DNA of 59,757 nucleotides from Candidatus Melainabacteria bacterium 17Bon1m (GTDB taxonomy: Bacteria > Cyanobacteriota > Vampirovibrionia > Obscuribacterales > Obscuribacteraceae): assembly GCA_032128875.1 (NCBI GenBank), contig JAVLKG010000019.1, positions 1-59,757 of the forward strand, written 5' to 3'. The position numbers were made by a program, and so were the translations under genes. Below, one piece after another: positions 27,223 to 36,384 of this stretch (positions are counted from its first letter, which is position 1; each line of letters opens with the position of its first letter). The notes beneath the pieces are model-generated. The model was not told where the DNA came from. It saw only the letters and a list, made by a program, of their open reading frames with translations, and did no database searches.

Positions 27223-29364
27223 TTAAAGCCCAGTCGCGTCTCCTTTTTGGAAACCTTCAAGGAATCGAATTTCTGGATGCTTGATCTTCAACAATTGAAT
27301 ATCTCCTCGTTGCAGATACGGCGTCAGCGTGTACATGATGGTGCGCAGTTTCTTATTCTCCAACAACGCCTCGATACCTCGAGCGGACATATTTGTACCG
27401 CCCACAGCAATCGAAAGCAGATTGCGCATCTTGGAGAAATACTTCGCTGCTTTGTCTTCGATGTGAATGCTTTCAACGTTGAGAAACAGTAGGTTTGAAT
27501 CCACCATCGGAGCAAAGCTTTCATCGTTCACCCCGGTCACAGCACGCAGATCGAGATATTGCAGATGCTCATCATCTGCAAGAAATCTGATACTTAAAGG
27601 CGTCAAAGTTGTTCCGGAAATCTCCAGCTTCTTCAGAGAAGGCATGATGGTGAAATACGGAATCGCTTTGTCGGTCAAGCGTTCGCACCAGCTGGCACTG
27701 ATATCATTGACGGTCTTGCACTTGGAGATTGCGGCGGCGCCAACATCATCAAGCTCAGAACTGGTGAAAGTTACGTGTTTTAGCTGCGGTAGCCTTGTGA
27801 GCCAGATCAAGTTGGGATTGTCGATGTCACAACCGGTCATGTCGAGGTGTCTGATCCACTTCGCCCTGGCAATGGCGCGCAGAGCCAACTCGCTCACAAA
27901 GATAAAGCGCATTTGCATTTTGCCGCTCTTCTCTTCAACCTTGAGCAGTTTTAAAATGGTGTCTTTCGCGTCCTCAGGCTTTGGTGAATTGTTCTCCAGA
28001 GTTTTGACAAACTGCTTAGCTTCGGCGACATGTATCAGTTTCAAATCCGGGTAGGTTCTATTCTTTGCGGCGACAGGCGCAGCAAGGGGCTGATCATCAG
28101 TTTTCTTAGGATTCAGGTGTACCGTGATTATGGACGAAGCACTCGCAGAAATTGCCACCACCAGCGCAGTCATCAAATAGAGAAACGGACGGGACACGCT
28201 GACCATCCCATTTTCGACGCCAGATTGGTTTATTTGCTTAACTTGCTTATTCTGCTTAGTTTGCTGATCAACTAAAACGGTGTTGGCGAGCAAAACCGGA
28301 TCAGCCAAAGTACGCTCGACGGCCGCTAAATCAACCGCAACTTGACCGAGATTTTGGTATCTTTCGTTCGCACGTTTGGCGAGCATCTTCGCAATGATCT
28401 GTTCAAGCACAGGCGGAAAGTCTTTACCCATGGATGCTTCTTTCAAGCTGGGCGGTGTTTCACCCATGTGCTGCATCATCGTCGATAAAGCATTAACACC
28501 CACAAAAGGCGTTGTACCTGTGAGCACTTCAAAGAAAACGCAGCCGAGCGAATAGATATCCGCGCGTTGATCCACCGGGCTACCCGAACACTGCTCCGGG
28601 CTCATGTAGAGCGGGCTGCCGAACACCTCTCCAGTGCGTGTGAGCGCCTGAATTTCACTCGCTTCGAGCTGTGTAAATTTGGCGATACCAAAATCAACTA
28701 TCTTGACTCTGCCTTCATCGGAGGCAGACAGTCCATCGACAAGCATAATGTTGCTGGGTTTTATGTCCCGATGTATAACTCCGCGCTCGTGCGCGTATCC
28801 AAGCCCGAAGCAAATCCGCAGAAAAATTGGCACAGCTTCGTCAACCGTGAGCGTGCCGTGCTTTTCGACCAGGTGTGCCAAGCTCTGCCCGCTGACATAG
28901 TCCATGACCAGGAAAGGAACGCGTTGGTCGAGCAAGCCAAAGTCATGAACGGAAATCAGGTTAGGATGGTCGATACCAAATGCAGCGCGCGCCTCGTGTT
29001 GAAAGCGACGCACAGTGACGTCTGTTGCGCTGCGACCATGCAAAATCTTCAGTGCAAGTTCTTTTCCGAGAAAAATTTGCTCGACTTTGTAGACCATGCC
29101 CATGCCACCGTACCCGACCAAAGACTGGACACGATAACGTTCGCCTACAATGTCGCCTGGTTTTAGACACCCAAATACGTCAGCAGCAGGATCGAAAGAT
29201 TCGAGCAGCCCGGCCGGGCCGCCCATCACGAGCGATGAGCCGTTTTGAAAGGACGAGCCAGTCGTAGAATCTGAGGCGTAGGGCGAAGACGAGCCAACAA
29301 CCTGCCCGGACGGCGTCTTGTTCAAAGCCGAAAAATCGGCATTGGGGGTATTAGAACCGGCCAT
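27223..29364 (-). CDS. Membrane Ser/Thr protein kinase with C-terminal leucine-rich repeats
   Basis: GYGGMG, ALK, HRDIKPSN, DFG, GSPLYMSPE; one TM; LxxLxLxxxxI repeats. Confidence 0.93.
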   Translation of the reverse strand: MAGSNTPNADFSALNKTPSGQVVGSSSPYASDSTTGSSFQNGSSLVMGGPAGLLESFDPAADVFGCLKPGDIVGERYRVQSLVGYGGMGMVYKVEQIFLGKELALKILHGRSATDVTVRRFQHEARAAFGIDHPNLISVHDFGLLDQRVPFLVMDYVSGQSLAHLVEKHGTLTVDEAVPIFLRICFGLGYAHERGVIHRDIKPSNIMLVDGLSASDEGRVKIVDFGIAKFTQLEASEIQALTRTGEVFGSPLYMSPEQCSGSPVDQRADIYSLGCVFFEVLTGTTPFVGVNALSTMMQHMGETPPSLKEASMGKDFPPVLEQIIAKMLAKRANERYQNLGQVAVDLAAVERTLADPVLLANTVLVDQQTKQNKQVKQINQSGVENGMVSVSRPFLYLMTALVVAISASASSIITVHLNPKKTDDQPLAAPVAAKNRTYPDLKLIHVAEAKQFVKTLENNSPKPEDAKDTILKLLKVEEKSGKMQMRFIFVSELALRAIARAKWIRHLDMTGCDIDNPNLIWLTRLPQLKHVTFTSSELDDVGAAAISKCKTVNDISASWCERLTDKAIPYFTIMPSLKKLEISGTTLTPLSIRFLADDEHLQYLDLRAVTGVNDESFAPMVDSNLLFLNVESIHIEDKAAKYFSKMRNLLSIAVGGTNMSARGIEALLENKKLRTIMYTLTPYLQRGDIQLLKIKHPEIRFLEGFQKGDATGL

Positions 29365-29490
29365 ACGGCTACCTCAAAACGCGCCTCAAGCGAGGCAGCA
29401 TCTGGTTGTTTCAGTAGTAAGTGGATTATGTGATGGTAGAGGTAGCTTAAGTATACGAATCAAGCGTGACTTGAACGTGACGACCAAAAT

Positions 29491-30030
29491 CTAAAATCGC
29501 TCGCCCCAAACAGTAGGGCGCATAATTCCAATGATAAATCCAACTGGAACGAACAACGAACTGGCAATGTCAGTCAACGCATCTAAAATTCCGTACTGAG
29601 CGCTCATGTGAAATATCGCCTGGGTAAGCGTTTCGACCATTATGAATGGCAAAAAACCATATGGAGAAAACGACATTCCAATCAAAACGCCAAAGACAAT
29701 TGTTGTTCCAACTCCTCTGCCCATCTTGTAATCGATCACTCGCGCCAAAAGGCGGCCAATGATGATGCCCAAGAAGTAAGCGAGGATACAAGTAAGAAAA
29801 GGGACGCCTATAAATGGCAGTATCCAGCCGCCAACAAATCCAGCCACTCCGCAGATGGCCAAAGTCTTAGCAACAATGAGTGGGGTAATCGAGGTAAGAG
29901 GATTCTTCACGTTGCCGCAAGAATCGCACCGAAAGCCGACCGGGCATTGAACCATGCATTTGCCGCAGATGACAGCACTGCAGTCGATGCATGTTAGTTT
30001 CGAATCGCCGCACGAATGTTTGCTTATCAC
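29491..30030 (-). CDS. B-box-like zinc-finger membrane protein
   Basis: CIDCSAVICGKC...PVGFRCDSC followed by about 4 TM helices. Confidence 0.75.
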   Translation of the reverse strand: MISKHSCGDSKLTCIDCSAVICGKCMVQCPVGFRCDSCGNVKNPLTSITPLIVAKTLAICGVAGFVGGWILPFIGVPFLTCILAYFLGIIIGRLLARVIDYKMGRGVGTTIVFGVLIGMSFSPYGFLPFIMVETLTQAIFHMSAQYGILDALTDIASSLFVPVGFIIGIMRPTVWGERF

Positions 30031-30252
30031 GCTGACCTTACTTCTGCGCTAATACAAGGACTCATCATCTCACAAACGATTGCACTCGTCACACTGTTAC
30101 ATGCAATAGTATAAGCAGTTCCAAGCAAATAAACCATGGCGGCTTGCAGACAGAGACGGCGAAGTGCGCTATCTCCAACTGCAAGCCAGTCCAGTTATTG
30201 CTTAGTCGAGACGATGCTGATATAGCAGCATTTAGTGACGGACGGGGGCAGA

Positions 30253-30298
30253 GCGGTGCAGCCGCACTGAATCAGAGACTCAGCGACGACTGCACCGC
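30253..30298 (-). terminator. Stem-loop downstream of the Ubl operon
   Basis: gcggtgcag...ctgcaccgc 9-bp inverted repeat about 20 nt after stop at 30320. Confidence 0.4.
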
Positions 30299-30319
30299 AT
30301 ACTGCTATTAACGACTAGT

Positions 30320-31174
30320 CTACCAGCGACGAGGCCAGAGGTTGACGTAATTGCCAAGCTCGCTGCTGCCCGCGTTTTCGATATGCTGGATTGCCAGATC
30401 GACAACAACGGTAAGCTCGAGGCGGGCGGTCAATTCCGCCATGGGTTGAAGCGTATCGCAGAGGCAAGGGGCGCCATCCGCGAGTACGTTGGGAGCATTC
30501 ATCCCGGCTTTGAAGCCGTCGACGCGCTTGTCGCGGTTGAACCAGCGCACAACGCCGTTCTTTCCGCTCAGGTCGATGAGGATGGTGAAACGACCAATCT
30601 CGTGGTCATGGTTGGTCTTCGGATCGCTTGCCGTAAGGAGATCCGTCCTGACGATGACAGTGCTGCCGACAACGCGCACTGACTCCACATGCGGTGCCGA
30701 CTTGAGCGACTCGAATTCAGCAGCGAGCCGATCGCGACGCTCTGCCACAGCGTTTGCCTCAGCAGCAAAAGCTTCTTTGCGCCAAACGGTGAACATGCCG
30801 GCCGTCGCTGCGAAGAATTTCTTGCGAAGCTTGTCGGCAGCTTTCTCGGCTTGTTTCGTCAGCTTCTCGATGCGCTTCGCGCACACCTTGATGTAACGAG
30901 CGCGCTCGTTGTTGTCGGTTATCGGCGTGCGGCGCGGCGCCAATGCAGGCACACGAATCTTCTCGCTGAGCCGCATGGCGACAATGCCTTCGTACTTCGA
31001 GGCAGTATCCGATTGCACGGCGTCGGCTCCGAGAAGTTCGAGCATAGACTGGAGATGCTGCGAGTCGATGAGGATGGTGTCCGTCTTCTTGTCCAGCAGC
31101 TGGAAAGGAATGCCTGCGTCCGTAAGGCGACGACGTTCGGCTGCCCCGAATTCGGGGAAGGACAGCTTGGTCAT
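30320..31174 (-). CDS. Coiled-coil + prokaryotic E2 (UBC-like) protein, copy B
   Basis: APNVLADGAPCL resembles E2 HPNV..xG.ICL active site; ATGA overlap with upstream paralog; start MTKLSF. Confidence 0.72.
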   Translation of the reverse strand: MTKLSFPEFGAAERRRLTDAGIPFQLLDKKTDTILIDSQHLQSMLELLGADAVQSDTASKYEGIVAMRLSEKIRVPALAPRRTPITDNNERARYIKVCAKRIEKLTKQAEKAADKLRKKFFAATAGMFTVWRKEAFAAEANAVAERRDRLAAEFESLKSAPHVESVRVVGSTVIVRTDLLTASDPKTNHDHEIGRFTILIDLSGKNGVVRWFNRDKRVDGFKAGMNAPNVLADGAPCLCDTLQPMAELTARLELTVVVDLAIQHIENAGSSELGNYVNLWPRRW

Positions 31175-32388
31175 GCCGCACCTCCTCTGACTTTCGGCCA
31201 CTTGTGAATGTACTTGTATGTGCGCGTGTCTTCCGGATTGACCGTTTCGACAAACGCGATTGCCAGCTTGGCGGCGTCGGCGAATTGACGCTCTGCGATC
31301 AATTTCTTGAACCAGGGAGCGGTATTGCCGAGGCAAGCCTTGCCATTTGCATACACGTGCAGAGACATCATCTTGTCGGCATAGCCGTTGACCTGCCGAG
31401 TCAGATTCTTCCAGCGCACCGATTCACCGCTCTTGAGGGGGATGCGGATACGGAAGCGACCCATTTCGTAAACGTCGCCCTTCGCAGGGTCAGTGCAGTA
31501 GAGCGTCTCCGTCTCCAGCTCGATGTACTTGTCGGAGACCGAAACAGACCGAACTTTGCGCACCTGGCAAAGCAGGTCATATTCTTTGCCTAGCTCGTGA
31601 GTCGCCTGAGAGCGCATGCGGACGCTCTCCAGCTCTGCGACGCGCGACTCATCGCTGAGACGCTGCCACGCAGCCAAGGGCTCTTCGCGCTCGTCAGAGC
31701 CCTCTACCTTCTTGGCTTTGGGAGCCTTTTGCGCCAGACTGCGCTCGACAGCTTTGTCCAACTCAGCGACGAAATGCTCGGCAGTGCCGGTGGCAGCAGC
31801 CGAGCGGATGAGGTCGGCGACCTGCGCCATCACGTAAGCGAAAACGCGCGCGCCACCGAAGATTCCGTAGAGATTCGGATCGATCAGAAAGTAGATCGAC
31901 TCGTCTTGATACTCTGCGACAATGTTGCCATTGCCGTCGAGAATCGGCGTTCCTATGCCGGTGAAAGCATAGACTTCGCCGTCCCAGACCCGTTCCTGCC
32001 CGAAGACTTCTTTCGGCGCCTCGAGACACTTTTCGCCACGCGGCGAGTATCCGAGGTAGATGTGAAACTGACCGTAAGCGCGCCCTTCTTTGGGCTCGCC
32101 TCGCCTGATGCCGATTGGCTTGTCCACAACGATCCCAAGAATTTTGCGCGCGTAGGTTCTGTAGAACTTTATTTCGCGCAGCTTGAAATGTTTGCCGTAA
32201 AACTTCGGATCTCGCACCGGCTGCTCGTGCTGAGGGGCCGGCAGCCCGTCGGGATAGAGCCTCTTTATCGTCGAGCTGATCTCGGCGCTAGTGAACAACC
32301 GGCGCGAAATCATGATGAGAAGAGGAATACCGACGACGGTCGAGATTATCCAGTGGGTCGTAATAAATGCCCAGATTGCTAGCATCAT
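31171..32388 (-). CDS. Membrane-anchored prokaryotic E2 (UBC-like) protein, copy A
   Basis: N-terminal TM WIISTVVGIPLLIMI-SRR; C-terminal SLHVYANGKACLGN; colinear with copy B. Confidence 0.72.
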   Translation of the reverse strand: MMLAIWAFITTHWIISTVVGIPLLIMISRRLFTSAEISSTIKRLYPDGLPAPQHEQPVRDPKFYGKHFKLREIKFYRTYARKILGIVVDKPIGIRRGEPKEGRAYGQFHIYLGYSPRGEKCLEAPKEVFGQERVWDGEVYAFTGIGTPILDGNGNIVAEYQDESIYFLIDPNLYGIFGGARVFAYVMAQVADLIRSAAATGTAEHFVAELDKAVERSLAQKAPKAKKVEGSDEREEPLAAWQRLSDESRVAELESVRMRSQATHELGKEYDLLCQVRKVRSVSVSDKYIELETETLYCTDPAKGDVYEMGRFRIRIPLKSGESVRWKNLTRQVNGYADKMMSLHVYANGKACLGNTAPWFKKLIAERQFADAAKLAIAFVETVNPEDTRTYKYIHKWPKVRGGAA

Positions 32389-32461
32389 TACCTCCATTTG
32401 GGGCGATGCAATGCATCAACCCTGAGAGTTGCAGCGACGCAGAGCGCCGCCTGCTCCAGAT

Positions 32462-33160
32462 TTACTTGAACCGTTTGGTGACGATAGTCGGATCGCGCAG
32501 TCCGTAGAGAAGCTCGTTGTCCTGCGGACCTTCGACTTTCTTCTCCTGAATGGCGAACCAGGTGATCAGCTGCCACACGGCAAGTCCGGAGAGGAACTCC
32601 GCCGTCGGACCGACCGAGATGCTGGCGCCGCAAGCGGAAACTTCCGCCACTTCGTCGCCATAATCGGAAGCCGCTTCCCATCCACGAACGTGTGCGGGGG
32701 TCGTCGGATTGATCACGTAGATGCGCCCCTGGTCGGAACCCATACGGGTCTCGATCATCAGCTTGGTGCGCGACTTGTACTTGATGCCGGCGTTCCAGAT
32801 CTGCTTGCGCGACGACATGGAGTCGGTGAGAAGGAAGACCACCTCGCCCAGAACCTGCTTTCCGTCCACGCGTTCGGCGTGTGTGGTGATGTCGATGCCG
32901 GTCTGGCGCTTCACGATTTCCTTCAGCGCTTCGACCTTGAGCTTGCCGACATCGTCCATGCCGAATGCCTGGTTAGGCACGTTGTGCGCCTCGACGGTGT
33001 CGTCGTCCCAGACATGGATGTTCTCGATACCGAGCTTGGCAAGGCTGAGAACGATGCGCGAACCGGACGCGCCGACGCCGATGACGTCCACGCGGCGAGC
33101 GCCGAAATCATCAGGAGAAAAGACATCGATGTGTCTTGTGATATTGAGAGGCATCGTCAC
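32462..33160 (-). CDS. ThiF-family E1-like adenylyltransferase
   Basis: IGVGASGS, WDDDTVEAHNVPNQ, GKLKVEAL, LTDS..SR; single Cys (EVSACG, C177). Confidence 0.92.
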   Translation of the reverse strand: MTMPLNITRHIDVFSPDDFGARRVDVIGVGASGSRIVLSLAKLGIENIHVWDDDTVEAHNVPNQAFGMDDVGKLKVEALKEIVKRQTGIDITTHAERVDGKQVLGEVVFLLTDSMSSRKQIWNAGIKYKSRTKLMIETRMGSDQGRIYVINPTTPAHVRGWEAASDYGDEVAEVSACGASISVGPTAEFLSGLAVWQLITWFAIQEKKVEGPQDNELLYGLRDPTIVTKRFK

Positions 33161-34251
33161 TCTCCTTGCGCGTCAGGCGCTTTGGTGGTTGCGGAATTGG
33201 CGGCGGAAGCGGCGGCAGAGCCCTCCTCGAGCGCGCCACCGCCGGTGGCACCAGGAGGCAGAGCCTCGGGCGGTCCGGGAATCTGCGGCGCTGGCTGCGT
33301 CCCGGATTTCTCCTGCGCACGAGCGCGCGCGAGTTCTTCCAGCAGCGGAACTTCGCCGTAGCCGTTGCCGAAATCGGGCAGATAGCTGATGGTCACTTTG
33401 TCGCGAATCTCGGCTTCCACCTCGGCGCGCAGTTCGGCAGAGATGTGCAGCGGTCCTTTGGTCTGCGTGCGCGGCTTCGATACCGGGTCGGTGGAGAACG
33501 TCTCTAGCAGGCGCTTGGTGCCTTTGACGACCTTGTCTTTGAGGCCGTTCAAGCTCTCGCTCACGGCGGACAAACCGGTCTTCGGCTCTTCTTCTTCGAC
33601 CGCGGGCTGGGGTGACCAGATTTCCCACGGCACGTCGATGAAGTTAACCTTCTGCTCGTAGACGAACACGTCGAACGTCGCGCGCCCGAGCTTGTTCATG
33701 ATGCCGCGGACATACCAGTCGCAGCCCTGCTCACCGAACTCACGCATGGTCTCTTCGTCTTGAGGCGAAGGCGCGGTGTCCATACGCACATGCGAATGCC
33801 CCCAGAAGAACAACCGGCGCGTATCTTCACGGCGACCGGCTTTCATCAAAGACGAGTAGAGCTCGCTTTGCCCTTCGATCGAAATCTTCGCGTGCGCCGC
33901 ACCAGCGGTTTGACGCAGAAGGAAGACGTGCTCGATGTAGTAATCCCCCGTCTCCAGGCGCTCCGCGGTGCCCAGCCAACCGACCTCCAGGCGCGCCAGC
34001 TCAACGTAGAGCTGCATGCGCTTGTAAGCTTCGGGTGAGATGAGCACACGCGGAACCTTGCCCGTGTACTTGATCCGCGTGTAAGGCTGATGGGGAGTCA
34101 GCGGCGCGTCGGGCAAATTGAGATTGTCGAAGTACGCCCCGGCGCGACCATAGCCGCCCCGAGGGCCTCCGGATGTATATGGATACCGGCGCGTGGGTTG
34201 TTCGGCACGTTCGGTTCCAGAGAGTGTTTCATCTGACTTTTCGTCGGACAT
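33157..34251 (-). CDS. JAB/MPN+ metalloprotease (deubiquitinase-like)
   Basis: LEVGWLG (Glu) and HSHVRMDTAPSPQD = HxHx7Sx2D. Confidence 0.9.
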   Translation of the reverse strand: MSDEKSDETLSGTERAEQPTRRYPYTSGGPRGGYGRAGAYFDNLNLPDAPLTPHQPYTRIKYTGKVPRVLISPEAYKRMQLYVELARLEVGWLGTAERLETGDYYIEHVFLLRQTAGAAHAKISIEGQSELYSSLMKAGRREDTRRLFFWGHSHVRMDTAPSPQDEETMREFGEQGCDWYVRGIMNKLGRATFDVFVYEQKVNFIDVPWEIWSPQPAVEEEEPKTGLSAVSESLNGLKDKVVKGTKRLLETFSTDPVSKPRTQTKGPLHISAELRAEVEAEIRDKVTISYLPDFGNGYGEVPLLEELARARAQEKSGTQPAPQIPGPPEALPPGATGGGALEEGSAAASAANSATTKAPDAQGE

Positions 34252-34339
34252 AGGTGTCTCCTATCGGTAAGTCATGCACAGCGCAGCAACGTCTGACCGC
34301 TGCCTGCGCCATGCTTGGTTGCGCAGATAGGAAACGGGC

Positions 34340-34840
34340 TTAGTTGCCCAGAACCGAATTGCCCTGAACCGGCTTCAACAGGAGCACTTCCTGCCCGGCC
34401 TTGACGAGCGTCTTCATCGTGGCGGCGTCGCCGTCCACGCGGACCTCATGACCCTTGGGGTCGATGTTCGCCTTAGCGAGCAGGTCTGCGACCGAGACGT
34501 TGGAGCCCTTCTCAATAGCGATGTCCTGCTTCTTGCCGATCAGAAAGCCGACGGTGACAGTCGACTGCGGCTCGTCGCCGGACTTCTGCAGATTGGCGAG
34601 ATTGCCCTGGACCGGCTTCAGCAGAAGCACTTCCTGCCCCGGATTGACCAGCGTCTTCATGGTGGCATTTTCGCCGTCGACGCGGACGTCGTGACCCTTC
34701 GGATCGATTTCCGCCTTGGCCAGAAGGTCCTTGACCGACGTGGCGGAGCCCTTCTCGACTTCGACTTCCTTGCGCTTGCCGATGAGGAAACCGACGGTGA
34801 CCGTGGGATTGCCCTTGCCGAGCGAGAGTTTGTCTGACAT
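34340..34840 (-). CDS. Tandem di-ubiquitin-like (beta-grasp) protein
   Basis: Two 68-aa units, 53/68 identical, each SVxDLL..VRVDG..L..GQEVLLLKPVQGN. Confidence 0.88.
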   Translation of the reverse strand: MSDKLSLGKGNPTVTVGFLIGKRKEVEVEKGSATSVKDLLAKAEIDPKGHDVRVDGENATMKTLVNPGQEVLLLKPVQGNLANLQKSGDEPQSTVTVGFLIGKKQDIAIEKGSNVSVADLLAKANIDPKGHEVRVDGDAATMKTLVKAGQEVLLLKPVQGNSVLGN

Positions 34841-35412
34841 GTGAATTCTCCGATGTTTGAGGCAAGCTGAACGCTTGCAGGTTGAAGTTGTCTCGGCCTA
34901 AAGTCGCTTCATAAGGTCCACGAGCTCCAGTCGCTTCACTACCGCCAATGCACCTTCGAATAGTGCATGAGCGCCTGAGTGTACGCCACCACCTGCGGTG
35001 ATGAAACTACACTAAGAAAAGGAGGAAGGAAACGTACTGGTTTGTGGAGACTGGAAGGTAAAGGGGAAACAACTGGACTTTCAGTATTCAAAAAATGAGC
35101 CCACTAAAAACACTTCACAGCCTCTAAGAAACGAGCTACGAAACAGTACTTCATGACGCTATGTTGAGGAATTGATCTGTGTAAAACGGCTTTCACTGGC
35201 CTGCCTTGGTTCTTGCTTTTTGCGGGACGGTCGCGCGAACTAGAGCGAGCCCTCAGGTAAAGATTCGCAAACAGCCGACACCACGTAGAGGTTCATCAAT
35301 TCTGGCTCTTCAAAGTGAGTAAGGGCTAAGAAAGTGGTATGAGTTATTATGACAATAGTGGCTCATTTTGGTGACTGGAAATCCCGTTTTAGACATTCGA
35401 GCCAGCGAGTGC

Positions 35413-36195
35413 ATGCAAATAATTCCACCTATTCAAAAATCCCTTTCGGTTTTTGCCATTTTAATCGCAGCAAACATGCCGGCAAAACCAGCGGCAGCAG
35501 GCGACCCAGGTTGGCGTATCGACCAATACACGAACGCGCAAGGTAACATGAATGTTTCCATGACTGCGCGGGCAATTGAAATACACCTGCCTAAGCAAAG
35601 GTACCGAATTTACAGCAGCGCGCCCAACTGGAATGTCATTTATATCAACGAACAAATGGGCACCTACATGGACTTCCCGCACGACAAGTTCATCGGCTCG
35701 ATTATGGGACGCCTCGGCACTCAGCTAGGCAATGATATCCAAATGCTTTCCCTGCCAAAGCCTGTCATAGTGAAAGAAGGAGAGCTTGAATACGCGACTT
35801 ACGACCGAAATTTAAAAATCACTGACGAAGAACGCCGCAAGCTCAAAATCAAGGGAAGTGCCACGGTTTTGTATGCGCCACGAACGATACGCGCGAAGTA
35901 TTTGCGCTTGCCCAGCATTCCCAACCAAGCAAAAGAACTAGTCTGCAAAGTTGCCTGCGTGCCAATGAGCTTCGACTACCCGATCAGTTTCAATTGCATT
36001 GATGGCTTCAAAGAAAATCTGCGCGTGCTGTCCACGACGCTGACACGCAAGGAAAAAGCTGTGTCGATGACGCCGCCAAGCTTGAAAAGTTTAAGGCAAG
36101 TAAAAACCGAGCACGAACTCTACAGCCACGCGAAAGTAGACGATGTCTTCGAACTTTTCGGCGACACCCAGAACGAAGGGAAGAAAGGCAAATAA
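35413..36195 (+). CDS. Hypothetical exported protein
   Basis: Signal-peptide-like SLSVFAILIAANMPAKPAAA. Confidence 0.7.
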   Translation: MQIIPPIQKSLSVFAILIAANMPAKPAAAGDPGWRIDQYTNAQGNMNVSMTARAIEIHLPKQRYRIYSSAPNWNVIYINEQMGTYMDFPHDKFIGSIMGRLGTQLGNDIQMLSLPKPVIVKEGELEYATYDRNLKITDEERRKLKIKGSATVLYAPRTIRAKYLRLPSIPNQAKELVCKVACVPMSFDYPISFNCIDGFKENLRVLSTTLTRKEKAVSMTPPSLKSLRQVKTEHELYSHAKVDDVFELFGDTQNEGKKGK

Positions 36196-36384
36196 TCACG
36201 GCACCAAGCTCTTCCCATTGCCTTTACCTGCTCGCGTCAAGCACACCTTTTGCGCGCCTACCGAACAACCTCCAGCCGCCCACCAGCCGAGCTTTCCGGG
36301 TCTGTGATGTGATTGTGATGTTGCCGGCTTAGTCTTTCGAAAACCACACGGATTCCCCCGGTGGGTGCCCAACGAGGTCTGCAG

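Noticed and set aside
32462-34840. ThiS/ThiF or MoaD/MoeB cofactor biosynthesis reading
   Set aside because: No thiG, moaE, rhodanese or cysteine synthase nearby; E1 lacks CxxC zinc motifs; E2-like genes follow directly
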